Positions 40,712-51,116 of a stretch of DNA of 64,000 bases are shown piece by piece. Position 1 is the first letter of the stretch, and every line of letters starts with the position of its first letter. The notes beneath the pieces were generated by a model, which made no database searches, was not told the origin of the DNA, and saw only the letters and a program-made list of their open reading frames with translations. The position numbers were made by a program, and so were the translations under genes. The stretch comes from Candidatus Poribacteria bacterium (GTDB taxonomy: Bacteria > Poribacteria > WGA-4E > WGA-3G): positions 256,001-320,000 of the forward strand of contig CBDBFU010000020.1 of the NCBI GenBank assembly GCA_965205025.1, given 5' to 3'.

Positions 40712-42070
40712 ATGAAAGTTACAATCATAGGAACAGGATATGTTGGACTGACGACAGCAGTGGTATTATCTTATCTAAACCACGATGTTTCTGCAGTTGA
40801 CAAAGACAGAAATAAACTTAATCTACTGCAGGAGGGTAAAAGTCCAATTCATGAACCAGGTATACAAGATCTACTTAACGAAGTTGGTAGTTCCATCCGT
40901 TTTACCCCTGACATTTCTGAAGTAGTTCCTGATTCAGAACTCATCATGATTGCCGTGGGAACACCACCTAAAAAGAGTGGAGAAGCGGATACAAGTCATG
41001 TTGAAGCAGCAGCTAAAGAAGTTGCTGAAGTATGCTGTCCAGATAAACATTATACACTTGTAATAAAATCGACTGTACCAATTGGTACCAATCGTCGTGT
41101 TTCTGTAGTCCTCGAACAGGTATTTTCACAGAGGAAAGTACAAGGGAACATATCTGTAGCATCCAATCCAGAATTCTTGCAAGAGGGTTTGGCTTTACAG
41201 GGAGCATTGTATCCAGACCGAATTGTCGTGGGTGGGAATAATGATACTGCATACAGTGATTTACGTCGTTTATATAAACCTATATTAGAACAGACCTTTG
41301 ATCCACCTACGATACTTCCTCGTCCAGAATCTTACCATCTTCCCCCAATGATGACAACTGATCCAAACAGTGCTGAGATGATTAAATATGCAGCGAATAC
41401 TTTTTTAGCATTAAAAATTAGTTTTATTAATGAAATTGCTGGTTTATGTGAGGATGTTAGTGCGGATGTAACAGAGGTGGCACGTGGAATTGGATTGGAT
41501 TCTCGTATTGGACATAGGTTTTTGCGTGCTGGTTTGGGTTGGGGAGGTAGTTGTTATCCCAAAGACACAGCAGCTTTATTGGGTGTTGCAGCCCAAACAG
41601 GATATGAAATGCCTATCACTGAAGCCGCCCGTATAGTGAATTTTGAACAACGAGTTCGTATTGTTGAGAAATTGCGAGATGTTTTGAAAACGTTAAACGG
41701 GAAGACAATAGGTATTCTTGGACTTTCCTTTAAACCGAATACAGATGATGTCCGTGAGGCCCCTTCTCTTGATATTATTAGACAACTAATATCTGAAGGA
41801 GCAAATGTACGTGCCCACGACCCAATTGCGATAGCTAATGCACAGAATATACTAAATGACATACAAGTTGATTTTATTGATGATGTCTACCAACTTCCAA
41901 TAAATACTGATGCAATTGTACTTGTAACAGAATGGGACATATACCATAAATTGGATCTTCGTAGATTGGCAAAACAGATGGTATCACCGATTCTAATAGA
42001 TGGTCGTAATGTCTTTTCACCACCAGAAGCATTGAATGCGGGTTTTCATTACATAGGTGTAGGTAGATAA
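40712..42070 (+). CDS. ugd: UDP-glucose 6-dehydrogenase
   Basis: GTGYVG, AVGTP, KSTVPIGT, SNPEFL, KYAAN.FLA.KISFINE, GWGGSCYPKD, FKPNTDDVRE. Confidence 0.9.
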   Translation: MKVTIIGTGYVGLTTAVVLSYLNHDVSAVDKDRNKLNLLQEGKSPIHEPGIQDLLNEVGSSIRFTPDISEVVPDSELIMIAVGTPPKKSGEADTSHVEAAAKEVAEVCCPDKHYTLVIKSTVPIGTNRRVSVVLEQVFSQRKVQGNISVASNPEFLQEGLALQGALYPDRIVVGGNNDTAYSDLRRLYKPILEQTFDPPTILPRPESYHLPPMMTTDPNSAEMIKYAANTFLALKISFINEIAGLCEDVSADVTEVARGIGLDSRIGHRFLRAGLGWGGSCYPKDTAALLGVAAQTGYEMPITEAARIVNFEQRVRIVEKLRDVLKTLNGKTIGILGLSFKPNTDDVREAPSLDIIRQLISEGANVRAHDPIAIANAQNILNDIQVDFIDDVYQLPINTDAIVLVTEWDIYHKLDLRRLAKQMVSPILIDGRNVFSPPEALNAGFHYIGVGR

Positions 42071-42085
42071 TCAGACTGATGAACT

Positions 42086-42655
42086 ATGGATAATTTTCCA
42101 CAACCAAATCCTTTTGATAGCAACTGTAATCGCTATTGTCCAGATGTGCCATTTCCATCGTATCGACACATCCCAGGTGTTACACCTCATCCGCTACGTG
42201 ATCCACTTGGACATAGTTACGGTTTAGAAGATGAGATAGAGGATGCTCAGTTATTACCAGAGATGTGGAGACAAAACAATACTTATTTATATGGTGTTGA
42301 TCTTTTCAATTTTGCATATTGGTGGGAAGCACATGAAGCATGGGAAGGATTATGGCATCCAGCAGAGGATACCTATCGTCTTTTCTTACAAGGATTAATA
42401 CAAGTATCAGCATCATTAATTAAATATCATATGCGTATGCTACGTCCGTTACGAACACTATCTACTGCTGGACGCGATAAATTGAAACAAGTGATTGTTG
42501 AATGTGGTGAAGATGAAGACTTCTATATGGGGATTGACCTAAGTGGTTTCATGGATATATTAGATGCATTTTTCTCACCATTTTTCTCAGAATTTGTTTA
42601 TGAGGATACATATCAGCAGCCACAAGCAAAACCCCTAATTTACCTTCAGATATAG
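42086..42655 (+). CDS. DUF309-family protein
   Basis: GVDLFN..YWWEAHEAWEGLW..FLQGLIQ. Confidence 0.75.
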   Translation: MDNFPQPNPFDSNCNRYCPDVPFPSYRHIPGVTPHPLRDPLGHSYGLEDEIEDAQLLPEMWRQNNTYLYGVDLFNFAYWWEAHEAWEGLWHPAEDTYRLFLQGLIQVSASLIKYHMRMLRPLRTLSTAGRDKLKQVIVECGEDEDFYMGIDLSGFMDILDAFFSPFFSEFVYEDTYQQPQAKPLIYLQI

Positions 42656-42705
42656 TTACCACAATTATACTCGGCAAGAGAGTAATCGTATCAGAGGATA
42701 GTCAG

Positions 42706-42987
42706 ATGGTGTCATTATTGTTTTTTAGTCTTATCTGCCTTGCTATTGTTGGATTACTCTTCATTCTATTTAAGATATTTTCATATTATGGAAAAAGCGA
42801 TTGGGATGAATTCCGTTCTATTCGTTGTCCACAGTGTAATACGCAGAAGAAACCGCAGAAAACAGGCGTTGTCCAGAATCTTGTAGAATTGGAAATGCAA
42901 TGTCCTATCTGTGGATTTTTATCATGGGATATACCACCAAAGACAAATCTCTCAAAACGAAAATCAGATTATGATCAAACAATTTAA
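42706..42987 (+). CDS. Small membrane-anchored zinc-ribbon protein
   Basis: N-terminal TM; CPQC and CPIC pairs; RBS present. Confidence 0.6.
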   Translation: MVSLLFFSLICLAIVGLLFILFKIFSYYGKSDWDEFRSIRCPQCNTQKKPQKTGVVQNLVELEMQCPICGFLSWDIPPKTNLSKRKSDYDQTI

Positions 42988-43041
42988 AACTATTTAATTT
43001 CCGAAGAGATTACAATCTTCTTATCTAACGGAATTTGTTCT

Positions 43042-44403
43042 ATGAATATTGTCTTTTTATTCTCAGATGAACATGCTGGACAAGCAATGGGACATAGGGG
43101 ACACCCAATAGTCCAAACTCCTAATTTTGACCGACTGGCAGAACAGAGTTATACATTCGATAATGCATATTGTAATTATCCAATATGTACACCATCCAGA
43201 TTGTCTATGTTAACTGGGAAGTATGCACATCAGATAGATGCATGGGATCTCGGTGTTATTCCTAACCGGGAACACAAGACTTGGGGAAATTATCTATCAA
43301 AGGTGGGTTATGAGACAATATTATGCGGACGAACACATTTCAATGGAAGTGATAGACTGAATGGGTTTTCTTCACGATTGTTAGATGATCTACCACGATG
43401 GTATAGTAGAAATGGTCGTCCACCGAATCGTAGTGCCGATGCTCGTAGGGGTTCAAACTCTCATGTTGCTGAATGCGGTCCGGGAGATCATGAACATACA
43501 AGATATGACAGAATAGTAACCGATTTAGCAGTAGATTTCTTACATAAGAAAGCTTTATCTTCTGATGAAAAGCCGTTTTTACTCTATTGTGGATATATGC
43601 ATCCACACTTTCCATTGATTGCTCCTAACGAATTCTACTCAATGTATGATCCAAGTATTCTACCATTACCCGATACTTGGAATGAACCACTCGAAACACA
43701 ACATCCAATAATTCAACACCATCGATGGTCATGGCGTAATGACATCCCTCCGCCAGAAGAGACAGTCCGTTGTGCATTAGCATCGTACTATGCTCTTGTG
43801 TCATGCCTTGATGCACATATTGGAAGGGTCATAGATGCTATTGATTCTACCAGTCTGTGTGAAAATACTGTTATCATATACACAAGTGATCATGGTGAAA
43901 TGGCAGGACACCATGGTATGTGGCAAAAACAGTGTTTATATGAACCGTCAGTAAAAGTTCCAATGATAATACGACTTCCATCTGGTGAGACAGGATGTCT
44001 CAGTCAGAATGTGTCATTAGTTGATGTGTTACCCACTTTGTTAGAGATTGTAGGTTTGGAGAAACCACCTGATTTGCCTGGAGAGAGTTTGTTGAATATC
44101 GCTCGTAATCAATCGAACGAGACAACACGGACAGTTTTTTCTGAATACCATGCTATGGGAATGATGAATGCAGGTTTTATGTTGAAGGAGGGAGACTATA
44201 AACTGTGTTATTACGTAGGGAATGAACCACAGATGTTCAATGTAGAGATAGATCCTATGGAGAATAATGACTTAGCATCAAATCCTGAATATGTAAAGAT
44301 TCGTAGCAATTTAGTAGAAAGACTTTTTGAGATCGTTGATCCGGAATTAGTAGATAATCAAGCGAAAGAAAATCAGATGACACGTAGATTTGAACATCAA
44401 TAA
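43042..44403 (+). CDS. Formylglycine-dependent sulfatase (choline-sulfatase-like)
   Basis: CTPSR..LTG, HPHFP, TSDHGEM. Confidence 0.9.
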   Translation: MNIVFLFSDEHAGQAMGHRGHPIVQTPNFDRLAEQSYTFDNAYCNYPICTPSRLSMLTGKYAHQIDAWDLGVIPNREHKTWGNYLSKVGYETILCGRTHFNGSDRLNGFSSRLLDDLPRWYSRNGRPPNRSADARRGSNSHVAECGPGDHEHTRYDRIVTDLAVDFLHKKALSSDEKPFLLYCGYMHPHFPLIAPNEFYSMYDPSILPLPDTWNEPLETQHPIIQHHRWSWRNDIPPPEETVRCALASYYALVSCLDAHIGRVIDAIDSTSLCENTVIIYTSDHGEMAGHHGMWQKQCLYEPSVKVPMIIRLPSGETGCLSQNVSLVDVLPTLLEIVGLEKPPDLPGESLLNIARNQSNETTRTVFSEYHAMGMMNAGFMLKEGDYKLCYYVGNEPQMFNVEIDPMENNDLASNPEYVKIRSNLVERLFEIVDPELVDNQAKENQMTRRFEHQ

Positions 44404-44509
44404 GATTGAACTAAGATTCATAGATAACAAAGATTATACAATTCTATGATTAATGTGTTTTAAATATTCTGATTAATTGTTTCAATATATTTCCGTATAC
44501 CGTAATTAG

Positions 44510-45571
44510 TTATACCTCACCATCGAAATAATCGAGTGTTTCATCCTTACGATATATTTTACGGAGAACATAAGGTAAGACTTTATTGGAATCTGGATAT
44601 TCACTCACATCATGAGGTATTGATGTACCCAGTATGAATAAGATGACAGGATTATCCCCTTCGTTGACGAATTTGTGTGCTCCTACTTCACCCGGTGGAA
44701 AAGCAATAAAATCCCCTTCACGAACTTCCATATCTCCTCTTGGTGTTTTGAGGGTGCATGTGCCTTCCATCACATAGCACATCTCCTCCCCGAAATGGTG
44801 TAGGTGCATTGGAAATGTAGCTTTACCGGGATGTAATTTGTAGACACAGTATCCTATATTTTTAGCACCGATAAAGGCATCAATATCTTTAAACTCAAAA
44901 CCAAAGGGATGTGGTGCATCTCTATGTACCCAGTCTAAATCTTCTATATTGATACGATTAATATATATGTCCTGTCGTGCTTGTAGACAATCAACCAATT
45001 CCTGTTCTCCATCTTTGAAAATGGAGTGTCCATCTCCTACGAGAACAGTATTGAACCGGAGTGCTAATACCTTGCGTAATTGGAGTGCTGCTTTTGAGGG
45101 ATCTTCCAATTTATCATCTGCAAGTAATGATAATCGTCCCATGGGTTCACCAGACACAATATCCCCAAAAAGTATTGCATTTTTATTTGAGAAGTAGAGT
45201 GCGATTTCACCTGGACTCTTTCCATATTGAAGATGGATTGCTCTTAATCCTGGAGCGATATTCTCTCCATCTTTAATTGTTCGTGTTGGTTTTATATTGA
45301 GCAGATTAGCATCTGCTTCATGGACTATTATCTCTGCCCCAGTCCATTTTTGGAATGCTTCCGCTTCTCGTTCATGGTCGCGATTTGTAATAACAATCCA
45401 TTTTACTCCACCCAGTTCTTCAAGTTGTTTTTGGTCTGTATCTGTCATTTCTACAGGATCAATTACGATATTTCCTTCATCTCTAACCCAAAGGTATCCG
45501 TTGAAATCAATCTGACGGATATCGCTAAAAACAGACCAAGTGTATATGTCTTCATGAATCAATCTTTTCAT
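44510..45571 (-). CDS. Fusion of a degenerate MBL-fold domain and a cupin domain
   Basis: N-half VIDP..TNRDHER..FGD..GDG; C-half HLHHFGEEMCYV..GDFIAFPPG..AH. Confidence 0.7.
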   Translation of the reverse strand: MKRLIHEDIYTWSVFSDIRQIDFNGYLWVRDEGNIVIDPVEMTDTDQKQLEELGGVKWIVITNRDHEREAEAFQKWTGAEIIVHEADANLLNIKPTRTIKDGENIAPGLRAIHLQYGKSPGEIALYFSNKNAILFGDIVSGEPMGRLSLLADDKLEDPSKAALQLRKVLALRFNTVLVGDGHSIFKDGEQELVDCLQARQDIYINRINIEDLDWVHRDAPHPFGFEFKDIDAFIGAKNIGYCVYKLHPGKATFPMHLHHFGEEMCYVMEGTCTLKTPRGDMEVREGDFIAFPPGEVGAHKFVNEGDNPVILFILGTSIPHDVSEYPDSNKVLPYVLRKIYRKDETLDYFDGEV

Positions 45572-46089
45572 TATTTTTCCTTAGATTTTAAGCCGTATAG
45601 TTCTAATTCGTGTATATAAGGTTTTCCTAATGCTCTTCTTGGTAGGATTCCACCATATCGTGGTGAATATTGGGGTGCTTTGCGTTTATCATCTTGTGTT
45701 CCAGTGACAAAGATCCGTAGTGACTGAACCACTTTACCTAAACGCATCTCAATATCAGGTCCAATATTATTCTTTATTTCTAATAGTGCTTGCCAGCGTT
45801 TATTTCCCTTTAGTTGATGATATACAACTGCATTCGAGATATTAGTGCCACGAATTCTGATCTTATGTATTGTTCTTTGGGTTGGTAATGTAATATCTAT
45901 CCGCCTACCAGATGCGTAACCCACTGATTTTAGGTCTCCATCAATCATTTCAAGCGAAGAACAGATCACACCTCTACCTAAAGATAGGTTTTCCCATTCT
46001 TGTGGTTCAATGAGCATTTGGATAGCTTTTGATTGGCAGCCAAGTAATCCGATAGTAAAAAATAAAATTGAAACAAGTAAAAAGCGCAT
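45571..46089 (-). CDS. Hypothetical lipoprotein
   Basis: Lipobox LLGC after a hydrophobic signal. Confidence 0.6.
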   Translation of the reverse strand: MRFLLVSILFFTIGLLGCQSKAIQMLIEPQEWENLSLGRGVICSSLEMIDGDLKSVGYASGRRIDITLPTQRTIHKIRIRGTNISNAVVYHQLKGNKRWQALLEIKNNIGPDIEMRLGKVVQSLRIFVTGTQDDKRKAPQYSPRYGGILPRRALGKPYIHELELYGLKSKEK

Positions 46090-46224
46090 AATTTAAAATT
46101 CCAATTTCTGATTAAAATTAAACTTCAGAATGTGAATTTAGTGATCTTGTATATATTTTGAATATGGGTCTAATTGAAGTATAGCATATAACATATCAAA
46201 ATCATATTAGAATGTACCTATTTT

Positions 46225-46370
46225 TAACGTGATTTTGATAAGACACATTTTAACCCGAACTTTTAGTTAACACCAAAGTACACAAACTGGAAAGTTTGTG
46301 CTACAAAGACTATCTTCAGGACAAAATTCTGTTTATCGAACTGACATTTTTCATTATCAAACTGACGTTA
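46225..46370 (-). mobile_element. 146-bp MITE family B, copy 2
   Basis: Reverse-complement near-match to 31882-32027. Confidence 0.88.
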
Positions 46371-46411
46371 TTTTATACAAATGATTTTCTTTAGACACCT
46401 TATGTTTTTTG

Positions 46412-46440
46412 TTGACAATAGCATATAGGGTGAGTATACT
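46412..46440 (+). promoter_or_regulatory. Sigma70 promoter of tRNA-Leu
   Basis: TTGACA-17 bp-TATACT, ending 14 bp before the tRNA. Confidence 0.75.
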
Positions 46441-46454
46441 AATGTATTCGTTAA

Positions 46455-46539
46455 GCCGGGATGCTGAAATTGGTAGACAGGCTAGATTCAGGGTCTAGTG
46501 TGCTTTATGCGCGTAAGGGTTCGAGTCCCTTTCCCGGCA
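46455..46539 (+). tRNA. tRNA-Leu(CAG), CCA not encoded
   Basis: Acceptor gccggga/tcccggc, D-loop TGGTA, anticodon arm ctaga-ttCAGgg-tctag, long variable arm, GGTTCGAGTCC. Confidence 0.95.
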
Positions 46540-46541
46540 TA

Positions 46542-47720
46542 TCATTCTCTTCTCAATGTTTCAGGAACTAACCATAGGAAGATGGATACTGCAAGATAAC
46601 CGATCCCACCCAATGCAAATCCTGAATAACCTAAACCGAATACATCCGCTATATTTCCGACAACCACAGGTCCAGCTGAACCCCCGAAATCTCCTGTTAA
46701 TCTCCATAATCCGAGAAACTCTCCTGTTCCATCTCTGGGTGCTAAATCCGCACCAAGTGTCATCATCGTACCTGATGCAATCCCATTGCCAAATCGCATC
46801 ATAACTGCAGCGAGAAGTAACCATAAGAATGAACTCGTAAAAGGCATCAATACCATACCAGTAGCAAAAATACAGATACCAGGTATTGTTGCAAATCTTC
46901 GTCCGAAACGATCCATGAGATAGCCAGCTAATGGGAACATAGACATGTCAACTGCGGAAGCAATCATTTCTATTTGACGTACTCCAGTAGCATTCAATCC
47001 GATAATATCTGCTGCATATAATGGAATGATAATGTGACATCCTCTTCGTAGAGTTTGAACGCAAACCTGTCCTACACCAGCAGTTGCCAATAAACTAAAA
47101 TGTTTTATAGAAACATTGAGAAGTTGTCTGAGATATGGTTCCTGTTTTTCCGATTTTGTCTTGAATTCATGCTTTGTTTCAGGTATTGAAAAATAACATA
47201 TCAATAGGGTAAGAACTGCTATTGCAGCATATATATAAAACGGAATACGAAGATTTGATCCGAGAAAAATAGCTGTGAATTTTCCTAAGAACGTTCCAAT
47301 GCGATTAACACCACCAAATAGTGCGATAGATCTTCCACGCTTCGATAATGGAATGACATCCGCCATATAGGCATGTCTGGATAACATCCATAAGGCATTC
47401 CCAATACCACCAATAAGTTGTGCACCGAAAAGATGAAATAGGTTTTGTGCTATTCCCATTGAGAGCGTTGAAATGCCAATCATTAGTAAACCCAGCAACA
47501 TAGATTGTCTTCTACCGATGCGTTCGACTAAAATACCAGCAGGTATATTGCCTATTACACTGATTGCAATGACAATCGTTGTGATTGTATATGTTAATTC
47601 AAATGATTTGATATAGATTGGTAAGGTAGGGGTGATGATACCTGCACCGGTTGAGAGAAGTAGAGCCGGGAGATAGATAGGAAGAATCAGTGATACCCGG
47701 CTGAAGTTCTTGGATGCCAA
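46542..47720 (-). CDS. MFS transporter
   Basis: Many TMs; GILVERIGRR and GYLMDRFGRR motif-A copies. Confidence 0.88.
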   Translation of the reverse strand: MASKNFSRVSLILPIYLPALLLSTGAGIITPTLPIYIKSFELTYTITTIVIAISVIGNIPAGILVERIGRRQSMLLGLLMIGISTLSMGIAQNLFHLFGAQLIGGIGNALWMLSRHAYMADVIPLSKRGRSIALFGGVNRIGTFLGKFTAIFLGSNLRIPFYIYAAIAVLTLLICYFSIPETKHEFKTKSEKQEPYLRQLLNVSIKHFSLLATAGVGQVCVQTLRRGCHIIIPLYAADIIGLNATGVRQIEMIASAVDMSMFPLAGYLMDRFGRRFATIPGICIFATGMVLMPFTSSFLWLLLAAVMMRFGNGIASGTMMTLGADLAPRDGTGEFLGLWRLTGDFGGSAGPVVVGNIADVFGLGYSGFALGGIGYLAVSIFLWLVPETLRRE

Positions 47721-47817
47721 ATTATGAAATCATCCTTTAGGATGGATAGGAATTATCTGTGAGAAACTGTGTTGTTAGTAATTTAATAGGATCTTATAGT
47801 GAATAATTTCTGGATAA

Positions 47818-49296
47818 CTATTCATTGTATTCAGAACGGTCTGTGTTTCCACCATATTTCAAAGTATATATCATAAGATTTGTCATGAATCGATATACAT
47901 CTGTAGACCGTCGTAATCGCAATGCTGTTCTGGATTCTATTTCTGCGGTCTCCATTGCACAAAGATAATCTTTTCTGTTGAATACTACACCGAGTCTATT
48001 GGTTGTTTTAAGGGTACCTTGAGAGTCCTTATATGTTAGGTTAGGTTGTTTTCTTCCACCCAGTGAGCGAGGGACATATATACCCCAATGGAATTTGAAT
48101 TTTGATGGTTGAGGTACATTTTCATTCTCCCAGAATCTGTCACCCCCTTCTGGTGGTTTTTTTAGATTATAGTAAATTCTATATATTTCGTGCTCAAATG
48201 GCAATTTCTCTAATGGATATTCTGGAAATATTAAACGTAATTCCTCTCTTATAAGATTTGCGAAACTTGCTTTAAACCCACAATCATCAAAAAATAGTGT
48301 ACCACCTCTATCAAGGACATATTTTCTGAGTGCAACGCGTTCTTCATCAGAGAACCCAGTAGTCATTTTCTGACCATCCCGCATCAGTTTACGGTTAATG
48401 GTCATATTTCGATCGTGTCCAGTCATTATAATCAGTGGTGCATCCAGAATGTTTTGATCTGTTAATGGTAATGCTCCACCAGCAAAGTTCATGTCGGCGC
48501 GTATAGTAGTGTTTTCCTGTAGCCATTTTATGAGAGACGGAATTGCTGTTGGATCCTGCCACCAATCACTTAGAGAATGCTTTAGTCTGATGATCCGTAT
48601 ATGAGCTTTAATATCTGAACCTGTCCCCTTAATGATACCTCCCAATTTCTGTCCTATTTCATCTTTCAGGGTAGGTAGTCTTCCAAAACCTTCACCTAAA
48701 TCAACATAACCTGAACCTGTACCAGTTCCTTTTGTAAAGTTTCCAAATCCAGAACCCTCATTTCCACGTATTGTTAGACCTGAAGCACCACCCCCTCCTT
48801 TACCACTTGCAGTTTTCATACCATCCTCCACACCATCGGTACCAGTAGACAATGAAGGTCCGTCAATTTTCGGTTGATTTAAGATTGATTGTGGTGAAGG
48901 GGCAAGTCGAGTAACATTTTCTATTAACGAGGGTGCATCGAGAGTTGTTTCTCCATCTACAGGCGTTCCAGGTTTTATGGCTATTGGATTTCGTGTTGAA
49001 CTTGAAATACCTTTAACACCAGATGTTAATACTTTCCGTTCTACCTTTATTTCAGGCTTGGGTCTGGGTTTAGGTATATCTTTTCTCGTTCTATTCTCTG
49101 GTAGTGAATCTATAAGTTCTGCGTATATCTGATTTTCTGGTGGTTGAATGACTGGTTTTAAGAGGTGTATCGCAAAGATTATTAATGCAATTACATGTAA
49201 ACCAATAGAAATCAAAAACGCATAACTTCGATTACGCTTTTTTCTGTATGTTTTATATATTTCAGAATTCATATCTATGCCTTGATGGATTATCAA
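47818..49296 (-). CDS. Membrane-anchored protein with Pro/Gly-rich linker and DUF4159-like C-terminal domain
   Basis: TM with SIGLH; DWWQDP, MTGH, LRKYVLDRGGTLFFDDC, HEIY motifs. Confidence 0.65.
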   Translation of the reverse strand: MIIHQGIDMNSEIYKTYRKKRNRSYAFLISIGLHVIALIIFAIHLLKPVIQPPENQIYAELIDSLPENRTRKDIPKPRPKPEIKVERKVLTSGVKGISSSTRNPIAIKPGTPVDGETTLDAPSLIENVTRLAPSPQSILNQPKIDGPSLSTGTDGVEDGMKTASGKGGGGASGLTIRGNEGSGFGNFTKGTGTGSGYVDLGEGFGRLPTLKDEIGQKLGGIIKGTGSDIKAHIRIIRLKHSLSDWWQDPTAIPSLIKWLQENTTIRADMNFAGGALPLTDQNILDAPLIIMTGHDRNMTINRKLMRDGQKMTTGFSDEERVALRKYVLDRGGTLFFDDCGFKASFANLIREELRLIFPEYPLEKLPFEHEIYRIYYNLKKPPEGGDRFWENENVPQPSKFKFHWGIYVPRSLGGRKQPNLTYKDSQGTLKTTNRLGVVFNRKDYLCAMETAEIESRTALRLRRSTDVYRFMTNLMIYTLKYGGNTDRSEYNE

Positions 49297-49342
49297 ATGT
49301 ATAGTGAATTATAACAATTTTGTGGTCATCGGTGCAATAAAA

Positions 49343-49485
49343 ACGTCAAATATCCCATGAAGATTAATTTTTAAATTCGGTATTTTTGGAGAAATATCCA
49401 GTGCGGTTAGGAAACCGCACCTACCGGGTTTGGGAAAAAAAGAATTACCGAACTATTTACTTAATCTTCATATGACATTTGACGT
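49343..49485. mobile_element. Nested inverted-repeat element (family C) enclosing a GTAG-REP hairpin
   Basis: acgtcaaat/atttgacgt, atgaagattaa/ttaatcttcat and ttcggta/taccgaa pairs nested around gtgcggttaggaaaccgcacctac (49401-49424). Confidence 0.7.
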
Positions 49486-49513
49486 GAGATCCTATCTTGG
49501 TTGTATTTTCTGA

Positions 49514-50068
49514 TTAGAGAATTGAAAGAGCATCTTCATAACAACCATAGGTAGCATCATCAAACAGTATAAATTGAATAATAGTAGGTATGTTATTATT
49601 GCCTTCAGCTAATTCCAGAATTGTTTGCAGCGCTACCTTAGCTGCTTTTTCTGTGGGATATCCATATACTCCTGTACTTATTGATGGAAAAGCAATAGAG
49701 TCTATACCATTCTCAGAGGCTAAGAGTAGACTTTCTCTATAGCAACTTGATAATAGTTTCGGTTCATTCTTATTTCCACCATCCCACACAGGACCGGCAG
49801 TATGGATGATGTGATTTGCTGGAAGGTTACCACCGGTTGTGATAACTGCTGTCCCTGTTGGACATCCTCCTTGTGCTGCTCTAATCTTATCACATTCTTT
49901 TACGACTTCTTCACCACCAGCACGTCGTATTGCACCATCTACACCTCCACCTCCGATGAGTTCTTTGTTAGCAGCGTTTACGATTGCATCTACATTTGCT
50001 TTTGTAATATCTCCTTGAATAAGTTCTACTTGTATATCTACAAACTGTTTCTTCATTCTTTTCTCCAT
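49514..50068 (-). CDS. Macrodomain protein (O-acetyl-ADP-ribose deacetylase, YmdB-like)
   Basis: GDIT..DAIVNAAN..GGGGVDGAI, IHTAGP, AFPSISTGVYGYP. Confidence 0.92.
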   Translation of the reverse strand: MEKRMKKQFVDIQVELIQGDITKANVDAIVNAANKELIGGGGVDGAIRRAGGEEVVKECDKIRAAQGGCPTGTAVITTGGNLPANHIIHTAGPVWDGGNKNEPKLLSSCYRESLLLASENGIDSIAFPSISTGVYGYPTEKAAKVALQTILELAEGNNNIPTIIQFILFDDATYGCYEDALSIL

Positions 50069-50081
50069 TCTGTATGTAATT

Positions 50082-50227
50082 TAACGTGAGTTTGATAAGA
50101 CACATTGTACCCCGAACTTTTAGTTAACACCAGAGTGCACAAACTGGAATGTTTGTGCTACAAAGACTATCTTCAGGACAAAATTCTGTTTATCGAACTG
50201 ATATTTTTCATTATCAAACTGGCGTTA
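50082..50227 (-). mobile_element. 146-bp MITE family B, copy 3
   Basis: Near-identical to 46225-46370. Confidence 0.88.
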
Positions 50228-50229
50228 AT

Positions 50230-51108
50230 TTAGTTTTTATTTTCAAGTACACCTATACGTTGCAAATCATCTAAGATAACTGATTCAATTCCCATCTCAG
50301 TGGATAAATTTATGTAATTTATTCCTTTCTGTTTACAGAAACTTTGTAGTGTACTACGAAAAGTATTCATCTCTCCACGGAAGTGTTGTAGTGTTTCATC
50401 ATTGATGGTAATCTCTTTTGTTTCACCTGTTTCAGAATCCTCCAATTGCCATTCACCTTGTGGAAGAAGTTCTATCTCCTCTGAACTTTGGATGTGTATC
50501 AATGAAACCGTGTAACTTCGTCCTAATAGAGAATTAATACCTTCTCTGTATCCATTAGAATCTAAAAAATCACTCAGTATTACGACTACACCTACTTTTG
50601 GTTGATAAACAGATAGATGAGTAAAACATTCAGTAAGATGTGTTGTCCCTTCTGGTTCAATTGGAAAAAGTGCTTTCTCAATTCGAGTATAGTGTGATTT
50701 TCCATAAGTGGATGGTAATACGGAAGATAGTCGATCTGATAATGTATAGAGAGAGATTCGATCTGTATTAGCTAATGTGATATAACCCAAAGCAGTAGCA
50801 ATCTGTTTTGCATATTCTAACTTTGAAGGTTCACCAAAGGACATGGATTGACTTGTATCAATGAGGATGGAAACAGATAATTCCTCGTCTGCTTGAAATA
50901 ACTTGATAAAAGGTTTTTCTAAGCGAGCATAGACATTCCAGTCGAGATACCGTAGGTCATCTCCAGGTTCATAACGTCTATAATCGGTAAATTCCAGACC
51001 TGTTCCCCGATTTTGACTTCGCCTTTCTCCCCTATATTTCCCGCGAAACGGTTTATGAGATTTAAATCGGAGTTGGTCAAGTTTATTAAGGAAATTGGAA
51101 CTTAGCAT
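50230..51108 (-). CDS. DUF58/VWA-associated protein
   Basis: GLEFTDYRRYEPGDDLRYLDWNVYAR, IDTSQSM, ILSDFL. Confidence 0.88.
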   Translation of the reverse strand: MLSSNFLNKLDQLRFKSHKPFRGKYRGERRSQNRGTGLEFTDYRRYEPGDDLRYLDWNVYARLEKPFIKLFQADEELSVSILIDTSQSMSFGEPSKLEYAKQIATALGYITLANTDRISLYTLSDRLSSVLPSTYGKSHYTRIEKALFPIEPEGTTHLTECFTHLSVYQPKVGVVVILSDFLDSNGYREGINSLLGRSYTVSLIHIQSSEEIELLPQGEWQLEDSETGETKEITINDETLQHFRGEMNTFRSTLQSFCKQKGINYINLSTEMGIESVILDDLQRIGVLENKN

Positions 51109-51116
51109 AAGATTGC

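Noticed and set aside
46455-46539. tRNA-Leu as an island integration site
   Set aside because: No duplicate of its 3' end was seen, and an MFS gene ends 2 bp away.
49514-50068. Macrodomain as a DarG-type antitoxin or defence effector
   Set aside because: It is a stand-alone YmdB-like protein with no adjacent ADP-ribosyltransferase.
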